DNA of 64,000 nucleotides, from NCBI GenBank assembly GCA_965226495.1, contig OZ245365.1, positions 1,792,001-1,856,000 of the forward strand, in the 5' to 3' direction. The translations under genes were made by a program, and so were the position numbers. Shown here one piece after another: positions 57,093 to 64,000 of this stretch. The notes below the pieces were generated by a model. It saw only the letters and a list, made by a program, of their open reading frames with translations. It did no database searches and was not told the origin of the DNA. Every line of letters starts with the position of its first letter. The stretch's first letter is position 1. The DNA is from Candidatus Marinacidobacterales bacterium. Its GTDB lineage: Bacteria; Acidobacteriota; Vicinamibacteria; Marinacidobacterales; DATDRI01.

Positions 57093-58016
57093 ATGACTGT
57101 GCAAGATCTGGCGGCGCGAGTGCGGGCGGGGGATCGTCGTGCGCTCGCCCGTGCCTTGACCCTCGTCGAGAACCGCCGACCGGAGGGGCGCGAGCTTGTG
57201 GCGGAGCTCTATCCCGAGACCGGAGAGGCCACGGTTTGGGGGTTGACCGGGCCACCGGGCGTTGGGAAGAGCACCCTCGCCGATGCGGTAGCAGCCCGGG
57301 CCAACGAACACGGCAAGAACGTCGCCGTGCTCGCGATCGATCCAAGTAGTCCTTTTACCGGAGGTGCGCTGCTTGGCGATCGCACCCGCATGGAAACGGC
57401 TAACCAGAGCCCCGACATCTTCATCCGCAGCATGGCGACCCGTGGACACGTCGGGGGATTGGCCGCGGCGACGTTTGAGGCGATCACACTGCTCGATGCG
57501 GCGGGGAAGGATTTCATTCTGGTGGAAACCGTGGGTGTCGGTCAGGATGAAGTCGAAGTGGCTGCCGCGGTGGGTTTGACGCTCGTTGTTCTCACGCCCG
57601 GATTTGGAGATGCACTTCAAGCCAACAAGGCGGGGCTCCTTGAAATTGCCGACGTGCTAGTGGTAAACAAGGCCGACCAAGATGGCGCCGATCGCCTGGC
57701 CGAGGAACTGAGCTCGGCTCGCAACAACCCCTCCGGCACTCCCCCCGTTGTGTGTACTACCGCAACGACGGGAGAAGGAGTGGAACGACTGTTCGAGGAG
57801 GCGGCGAAGTTTGACGCGGTCTCGGTTCGCGCCCAGGCGCACCGAAGGCGCTTCGTCGAGGGTTGGCTCCACGAAGTACTGCATCAGCGACTGAGGGAGG
57901 AAGTGAAGGACGAAGTTTGGAAGGACGCCGTGGATCGGGTTCTGGCGCGATCTGCCGATCCGTTTGCGGCAGCCGAGACGCTCCTGGCCTCAATTAGAAA
58001 AAAGAAGAATCCATGA
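57093..58016 (+). CDS. meaB: Methylmalonyl-CoA mutase-associated GTPase
   Basis: GPPGVGKST, DPSSPFTGGALLGDRTRM, ETVGVGQ and NKAD. Confidence 0.92.
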   Translation: MTVQDLAARVRAGDRRALARALTLVENRRPEGRELVAELYPETGEATVWGLTGPPGVGKSTLADAVAARANEHGKNVAVLAIDPSSPFTGGALLGDRTRMETANQSPDIFIRSMATRGHVGGLAAATFEAITLLDAAGKDFILVETVGVGQDEVEVAAAVGLTLVVLTPGFGDALQANKAGLLEIADVLVVNKADQDGADRLAEELSSARNNPSGTPPVVCTTATTGEGVERLFEEAAKFDAVSVRAQAHRRRFVEGWLHEVLHQRLREEVKDEVWKDAVDRVLARSADPFAAAETLLASIRKKKNP

Positions 58017-58408
58017 AGATCCATCACATCGGTATCGCAGTGCATGACCTAGACGAGGCAGCGACTCGATTGGGTGGACTTCTCGGACTCGACCGGGGCC
58101 AGCGCTACGACTTACCCGAGTGGAAGGTGTCGGCGCTCTTCATGCCGGTGGGAGACAGCAATTTAGAGTTGCTCGAACCTCACCAGGAGTATTCCAACGT
58201 GGGGAAGTTCCTGGCCAATAGAGGGGAAGGACTCCATCACATTTGTTTCGAAGTCGAGGATATCGAGGCGAGCCTCCGAGAATTCGAAGAACAAGGGGCC
58301 AAGCTCATCGACCCAAAGCCCCGGCCGGGCGCCGGGGGACACCTGGTAGCGTTCATCCATCCGAAGTCGATGCATGGTGTGTTGGTAGAACTAAAGCAAA
58401 AGGAGTGA
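58013..58408 (+). CDS. mce: Methylmalonyl-CoA epimerase
   Basis: HIGIAV, ELLEP, GEGLHHI and F.HPK..GVLVEL; next to meaB. Confidence 0.9.
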   Translation: MKIHHIGIAVHDLDEAATRLGGLLGLDRGQRYDLPEWKVSALFMPVGDSNLELLEPHQEYSNVGKFLANRGEGLHHICFEVEDIEASLREFEEQGAKLIDPKPRPGAGGHLVAFIHPKSMHGVLVELKQKE

Positions 58409-58417
58409 CTAAGAGAG

Positions 58418-59281
58418 ATGGCACAAGCACAGATCGGAATCATCGGAGGAAGCGGCCTCTACCAGATGGACGGGCTCACAGATGTCGAAAAAGTATCTCT
58501 CGAGACCCCTTTCGGTTGGCCTTCCGCAAAATACATGGTCGGCACGCTCGAGGGTAAGCGCGTTGCGTTTCTTGCCCGTCACGGAAAGGGCCATCGCATT
58601 CCTCCGAGTGAACTGAATTTTCGGGCCAACCTCTTTGGATTCAAGCTGCTCGGCGTCGAGTACATTCTGTCGGCCAGCGCAGTGGGGTCTTTGAAAGAGG
58701 AAATCCCTCCGTTGGATATCGTCATTCCCGATCAATTCATCGACCGAACTCGAGGACGCGTATCGACGTTCTTCGGTACCGGACTGGTCGCACACGTCGC
58801 CTTTGCTCAGCCGTTCTGCTCGATTCTTTCCGAGCACCTCTTCCAGGCTGGAGCTGGCACCGATGTCAAGATTCATCGAGGAGGGACGTACCTGTGTATC
58901 GAGGGGCCTCAGTTTTCGACTCTGGCGGAGTCCAAACTCTACCGCTCCTGGGGTTGCGATGTCATCGGTATGACCAATCTGCAAGAGGCGAAGCTGGCCC
59001 GTGAGGCGGAGATTTGTTACTCCACGATGGCCCTGGTGACGGACTACGATTGCTGGCACGAGAGTGAAGAGGCCGTGACCGTGGATGCGGTGATCGCGAA
59101 CTTGACAAAAAACGCAGAGACGGCGCGTCAAATGATTAGGGAGACGGTCAAGAAGCTGCCCTTCGAGAGAACGTGCGAATGTGCCACCGCACTAAAGTTC
59201 GCTCTCATTACGCAGCCCGACCATATCTCGCCCGCGATGAAGCGGGAGCTCGAACCGCTCGTTGGCAAATACTTGAAATAG
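58418..59281 (+). CDS. mtnP: S-methyl-5'-thioadenosine phosphorylase
   Basis: IIGGSG, RHG, EGPQFST.AES, GMT and VTDYDCW. Confidence 0.93.
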   Translation: MAQAQIGIIGGSGLYQMDGLTDVEKVSLETPFGWPSAKYMVGTLEGKRVAFLARHGKGHRIPPSELNFRANLFGFKLLGVEYILSASAVGSLKEEIPPLDIVIPDQFIDRTRGRVSTFFGTGLVAHVAFAQPFCSILSEHLFQAGAGTDVKIHRGGTYLCIEGPQFSTLAESKLYRSWGCDVIGMTNLQEAKLAREAEICYSTMALVTDYDCWHESEEAVTVDAVIANLTKNAETARQMIRETVKKLPFERTCECATALKFALITQPDHISPAMKRELEPLVGKYLK

Positions 59282-59303
59282 AGTAAAGGAGAGATTAAAG
59301 CGC

Positions 59304-60218
59304 ATGTCCATTCTTGCTGTTGGTTCGGTAGCATTCGACACCTTGAAGACGCCGTTCGGCGAAGTCGATAAGATTTTGGGAGGGGCGTTGAGTCACTTCT
59401 CATTGGCGGCCTCCTTTTTTACGAACGTCGGGATGGTCGCTGTGGTCGGCGAGGATTTTACGGACAAGGAGCGGGAGGTCTTCGAAGGGAGGTCCATCGA
59501 TCTAGCGGGGCTGCAAACCGCTCCGGGGAAGACGTTTCGTTGGGGGGGCGAGTATAGCTATGACCTTAACGAACGTACCACGCTCTTTACCGAGCTCAAC
59601 GTATTCGAAAACTTCAAACCTACGATCCCCGACGCCTATCGGACATCGGATTTTGTTTTCTTAGGGAATATCCACCCTACCTTGCAAGTGGATGTCGTCG
59701 AACAGGTGAAAAGCCCTAAGCTGATTGCCGCCGACACGATGAACTATTGGATCGAGGGTACCCCCGATGAGCTTCGCCAAATGCTGAAGCGTGTGGACGT
59801 CTTGTTGATCAACGACTCGGAGACCCGGCAACTCAGCGGGGAGTACAACTTGGTGCGGGCGGCCGAAAAGGTCCACGCCATGGGTCCGAAGACCCTGGTC
59901 GTTAAGCGGGGTGAGCACGGAGTGCTCTTGTTTAACGAGAGCCAGCGCTTCGCGGCGCCGGCCTACCCCCTGGAGACCGTATTCGACCCTACCGGGGCGG
60001 GGGACTCCTTCGCGGGTGGCTTCCTCGGCTACCTGGCGAGCCAACCATCCATGAGCGATGATGCCCTTAGGCAAGCCATCATCTACGGGAGTGCCCTGGG
60101 GTCGTTCTGCGTCGAGGACTTCGGGACCCGACGGCTGGAGTCCATCAGCCGTGCCGACATCGACGCTCGATACCGCGAGTTCAAGAAGCTTACCCACTTC
60201 GAGGATATTGCTGTCTGA
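59304..60218 (+). CDS. PfkB family sugar/nucleoside kinase
   Basis: VGSVAFD, DTMNYWI and DPTGAGDSFAGG. Confidence 0.9.
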   Translation: MSILAVGSVAFDTLKTPFGEVDKILGGALSHFSLAASFFTNVGMVAVVGEDFTDKEREVFEGRSIDLAGLQTAPGKTFRWGGEYSYDLNERTTLFTELNVFENFKPTIPDAYRTSDFVFLGNIHPTLQVDVVEQVKSPKLIAADTMNYWIEGTPDELRQMLKRVDVLLINDSETRQLSGEYNLVRAAEKVHAMGPKTLVVKRGEHGVLLFNESQRFAAPAYPLETVFDPTGAGDSFAGGFLGYLASQPSMSDDALRQAIIYGSALGSFCVEDFGTRRLESISRADIDARYREFKKLTHFEDIAV

Positions 60219-60406
60219 CTAGGTCCGGGCTTTGCTACGCGTAGTTTGACGGCCCTCTGATCTGGGCCCGTAGTCCGAACCAGGGGTTTGACCTCCTTGA
60301 CTGGTACGATTCCGCTACCAGCAGTCAGTCCCCTCGCCTGTAACGTCCACACCATCAAAACTTTGACGCGGACGGTAGGGCGTGTTAATTTTGGGGCGGA
60401 GGCTTG

Positions 60407-60895
60407 ATGGCGGCAAAACGACTCTTCCGCTCGCGCCGAGACGCCTTGGTCGCTGGGGTTTGCGGCGGCTTGGCCGAGTATTTCAACATCGACCCATCTC
60501 TGGTTCGACTGGTCTTCATCATCGCGATCTTCTTGGGAGGAGCCGGGTTGGTCGTCTATTTGGTGGCCTGGCTCATCGTGCCGGGGAATCCCGAGCAGAG
60601 TCCGAGTCCCTCCTTCGCCAAGAACCAGAAGCTGAAGGAAGACGTCGTCGGAGAGCTGCGGCGAGTAGGCAGCTCGCTGGCGGAAAAGTTCGAGGCGACT
60701 GTCGAGGACGACGAAGATCGGCCGGAGCGCCGTTCCACGGTTTTCGTGGGGCTGGCTTTCATCGTCATCGGCGCAGCCTTCTTGTTCAAGAACTTCATTC
60801 CCTGGCTGGAGCTCGAGAAGCTGTGGCCGATTCTGCTTATCGGCGTTGGTGCCCTACTGCTAATCGGGGCCGCGCGTCGAGAGAAAGTATCGTAA
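60407..60895 (+). CDS. pspC: PspC domain membrane protein with a C-terminal LiaI/DUF5668-like TM hairpin
   Basis: KRLFRS..AGVCGGLAEYF.ID..LVR; LWPILLI. Confidence 0.88.
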   Translation: MAAKRLFRSRRDALVAGVCGGLAEYFNIDPSLVRLVFIIAIFLGGAGLVVYLVAWLIVPGNPEQSPSPSFAKNQKLKEDVVGELRRVGSSLAEKFEATVEDDEDRPERRSTVFVGLAFIVIGAAFLFKNFIPWLELEKLWPILLIGVGALLLIGAARREKVS

Positions 60896-60983
60896 GAGAA
60901 CAGCCAGTCGTCTAGAGGCGCAGCGAGGTTAGCCCGCTCCCGTTTTCTAGAGCTCGGCTAGTGGGTCCACATGTGAGGCGAGA

Positions 60984-61058
60984 TGGTGGGCGATGCAGGA
61001 TTTGAACCTGCGACTTCTACCGTGTGAAGGTAGCACTCTCCCACTGAGTTAATCGCCC
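60984..61058 (-). tRNA. tRNA-Val(CAC)
   Basis: GGGCGAT/ATCGCCC acceptor stem with ACCA, anticodon arm CTACC-TTCACAC-GGTAG, T-loop GGTTCAAATCC; upstream ttgacg-N17-tagcat promoter. Confidence 0.97.
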
Positions 61059-61109
61059 AGCCTTCGAATGCTATAAGAAGGTAGATTCTTCGTCAAGCGA
61101 GGCGTTTAG

Positions 61110-62124
61110 ATGCCGTCACCGGGTGCGCGAACCACGGCCGTCAACTCCAAGACAAGCCCCTCGTCCGACCCTCGCTCGGACCCCACCAGCTGTGTGGAAG
61201 GGCTTCGTCGATCGGTCGAGGGGGTCATCCGTGGCAAACCGGAGGTCGTCACTCACGCGTTGGTGGCATTGTTCTCGGAAGGCCACCTGCTGATCGAAGA
61301 CGTGCCGGGTGTGGGAAAGACGATGCTCGGTCAGGCTCTGGCTCGATCTCTGGCCGGGACGTTTCGGCGCATCCAGTTCACGAGCGACCTCCTACCCTCG
61401 GACATTATTGGAGTCTCGATTTTCAACCCGACGAACTCCGAGTTCGAGTTCAAGCCGGGGCCGCTCTTCGCCAACGTGGTTCTCGCGGATGAGATCAATC
61501 GCAGTACCCCCAAGACACAGTCGGCACTACTGGAAGCGATGAACGAATCGCAAGCCAGCGTCGATAATACGTCTCATCCGCTTCCCAATTCCCAAGCCGT
61601 TCATCGTGATCGCGACCCAGAATCCCATCGAGCACCATGGCACCTACCCTCTTCCTGAATCTCAGCTAGATCGTTTCTTGATGCGCATTCGTATGGGGTA
61701 CCCCGACGAGAACCATGAGAAAGAGATCCTCCGCGCGCAGCGGCGGTCTCATCCGATTGACGACGTGGAGCCGGTGCTTTCCAGCGATGACGTGGAAGAG
61801 ATACAGAGACAGGTACGCGCGGTAGAGGTCGAGGCCTCTCTCGCCGACTACCTAGTCCGGTTGGCAGCCGCTACGCGTCAATCGAGCGATCTCGCTCTTG
61901 GAGTCAGTCCGCGTGGCACGTTGTTGCTGCAACGCGCTGCCCAGGCCCACGCACTCATTTCTGGCCGTTCGTACCTAGTGCCGGATGATGTCAAGGCGGT
62001 GGCAATACCCGTGCTCGCACATCGAGTCGTTCCTCGCGCTCGCGCCTCGGCCGGAACCGGCAGGGGCCAGGAGGCGGATGCCGTACTGGCCGAGCTATTA
62101 GAGACGGTGCTGGTTCCTCTCTAA
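61110..62124 (+). CDS. moxR: MoxR AAA+ ATPase, frameshifted by a 7-bp tandem duplication
   Basis: DVPGVGKT, RIQFTSDLLPSD and DEINR, then ATQNPIE..GTYPLPESQLDRF in another frame; ttcccaa is duplicated at 61582-61595. Confidence 0.9.
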
Positions 62125-62128
62125 CAAC

Positions 62129-63331
62129 ATGTCTCCTCGTCTCCGGGCCGGGCGACGCCGAAAGTGGGGTGCCGCCCGGGGCGGAGGAGCGAAGGGTGCT
62201 CGGTTCGTCGAGTTGGCATCCGGTTCCCAGTTCAAGAAGCCTGGCTTCGGGTTTGGTGTGCGCCCCACGCGAGACGGGCTTCGGCTACTCTTCATCCTCG
62301 TGGTGATGGGATTCGCCGCGTTCAACACGCGGAACAACCTCCTTTATTTAATGTTCTCGGTAGGTGTCGCGGGCACCCTGATTTCGGTGGTCGCTGGTTG
62401 GTGGTCGCTTCGAGGGCTCGAGCTGGTCGCCATGGAGGACGAAGACCTCTACGCTGGCACCAAGTCGACGGAGCGATTCCTAGTGCGCAATCGATCGCGC
62501 GTGCTGGACGCGTACGGAATCGACCTGGAGGAAGTTGATTTCCCCGGATCTTCGCCCAAAGGGTCGGTAGCCCACCTCGGGCGGGGGCAGGCCGAAACCG
62601 TGTTTCTCGAGAAGGTGTATTCCCGGCGCGGCGTCTTCGAGAGTGAGCGGATGCGGTTGATGACTGGCTTTCCTTTCGGATTGTTTCAGGCGAGACGGGA
62701 GGTCCGGCTGGCCCGCAAGATCGTCGTGTTACCTCATATTAGCCAGGTCGACATCTCCTTCGCTTTTCAAGGACGTTCCGGTTCGGTTCCGAAACGACAG
62801 CGCCGGGGCGAGAGTGAAGAACTCCTTCGGTTGCGCGAGTACGCATCGGGCGACAACTTGCACCACATTCATTGGAAATCGACCGCTAAGCTCGGGCGGT
62901 TGATGGTGAGGGAGTTCTCCGCCGAGCAACGACGGCGTTTCAACATCGTTTTCGATAACACCCGTGAGGAAACACCGAGCGCGCCGGTTGAGCCTTTCGA
63001 GCCCATGGTGAGTGCCGCCGCATCTCTCGCATGGCACCTCTCGGCACACCGTTTATCTTTCAGCTTCGCTTCAATCGATGACACGTTTCCTCACGGAGCA
63101 TCCATCGAGCACCTGAGAGGGGTTCTTTTGTACTTGGCGGTCGTTCACCCCCGCCCACACTCTTCGGGGCCGGACCTTATGACTTTGGCCAGGGAGGCAA
63201 CCCGTCGTGACGAGACGGTTTTCGTTTTGAGTTATCGAGAAAACGGGCCGCTATGTTTTCTATCCGCGCCACAGCTTCACCTGGTCGATCCGGCGGCGGT
63301 ACTTTTTCAGGAGCAGACAATTGGTGTCTGA
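62129..63331 (+). CDS. DUF58 domain protein
   Basis: NTRNNLLY, RRG, FPFGLF and LREY..GD..HIHWKSTAK; follows moxR. Confidence 0.88.
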   Translation: MSPRLRAGRRRKWGAARGGGAKGARFVELASGSQFKKPGFGFGVRPTRDGLRLLFILVVMGFAAFNTRNNLLYLMFSVGVAGTLISVVAGWWSLRGLELVAMEDEDLYAGTKSTERFLVRNRSRVLDAYGIDLEEVDFPGSSPKGSVAHLGRGQAETVFLEKVYSRRGVFESERMRLMTGFPFGLFQARREVRLARKIVVLPHISQVDISFAFQGRSGSVPKRQRRGESEELLRLREYASGDNLHHIHWKSTAKLGRLMVREFSAEQRRRFNIVFDNTREETPSAPVEPFEPMVSAAASLAWHLSAHRLSFSFASIDDTFPHGASIEHLRGVLLYLAVVHPRPHSSGPDLMTLAREATRRDETVFVLSYRENGPLCFLSAPQLHLVDPAAVLFQEQTIGV

Positions 63332-64000
63332 GTCTCCGGGCCCTTTGCCGAGGAGATAACTTCTTTGTCGGCTCTGCGCTTGACTACCGTCATATGGTGC
63401 GAGGTTTCTTCGCTCGCCGTCATTCTCACCGGCGACATACCGGTGTGGCTATCGGTCCTCGTCTTGACCGTGATTCCTGTGGTAGGACTTGCCAACGAGA
63501 CCAGCGCCTGGTTGGGTCCGGCGAGACGCGCGTCTTCGATCCTGGCCATCCTCTATCTGTTGTTTTTTCCTATCGACTGGCTCGTGCTTTCGGACCGATT
63601 GATTTTCGCTGTGGTTCACTTGATGTTCTACCTGAAGGTCCATACGCTGCTCCATTTGAGAACGAGACGGGATCGCAATCGGCTCTATGTTCTTTGCCTC
63701 TTCGAGATGCTGGCCGCGGCTTCTATGACCATCACTCTGGCTTTTCTCGTGCCCCTCATTCTCTTTGTCCTCGTGGGGTCGTTGGTGTTGTTACTCGAGC
63801 AAGCGACAAAAGACACGCTGGTGATCGACGAGAAAACGCTATTCAAGCAAGCGATGCGAACGGCGTCTGCTCTCAGTGTCGTGGTCCTCGTCCTCGCGGG
63901 GGCCGTCTTCGTGTTGCTCCCACGCTCCACTCTCGGGGGATTTCGAATTGGCGGTGTTTAAGGGATTACCTCCACCGGCCTCAACGAGCAGATTCGCCTT
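63324..64000 (+). CDS. DUF3488/transglutaminase (TgpA-like) membrane protein, 3' partial, with apparent lesions
   Basis: Follows moxR-DUF58; TM helices, RTRRD and FVLLPR. After an in-frame TAA (63959-63961) the frame continues TGLNEQIRL; probable indel at about 63340. Confidence 0.7.

Noticed and set aside
60900-61110. Integrative element at tRNA-Val
   Set aside because: There is no integrase, the flanks are housekeeping genes, and I saw no duplicate of the tRNA 3' end in the window.

Overview
A gene-dense, GC-rich bacterial chromosome segment. It is probably Acidobacteriota, inferred from the MSLTAGQRLGPYE kinase-type N-terminus, a DWxQWRGP propeller stub and the gene repertoire. Main contents: a selenocysteine formate dehydrogenase operon (fdnGHI-fdhE, in-frame UGA plus SECIS, and an extra in-frame UAG) followed by a pilin-like gene; a VapBC toxin-antitoxin pair; a GT-C glycosyltransferase / SGNH / MBOAT envelope-modification region containing gene stubs and a chimeric fusion; a split Mo-hydroxylase locus (mocA, xdhC-YHS remnant, coxG and a molybdopterin-binding gene, then form II coxSLM-DEF about 9 kb later behind a structured leader); an AttEFGH-type ABC/lipocalin module; a PuuD-like membrane protein; housekeeping genes (mtgA, acyl-CoA dehydrogenase, meaB, mce, mtnP, pfkB, pspC); tRNA-Val(CAC); and a MoxR-DUF58-transglutaminase operon running off the right end. 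About ten genes carry single frameshifts or nonsense codons, which suggests consensus errors or gene decay. The best novelty candidates are the structured coxS leader RNA, a palindromic repeat inserted in-frame into a TPR gene, the MBOAT/beta-barrel fusion, the PuuD-like protein without cytochrome c, and a 12-Cys secreted protein. No CRISPR array, prophage or intact transposase was seen. Family assignments come from motif recognition only; no database search was run.
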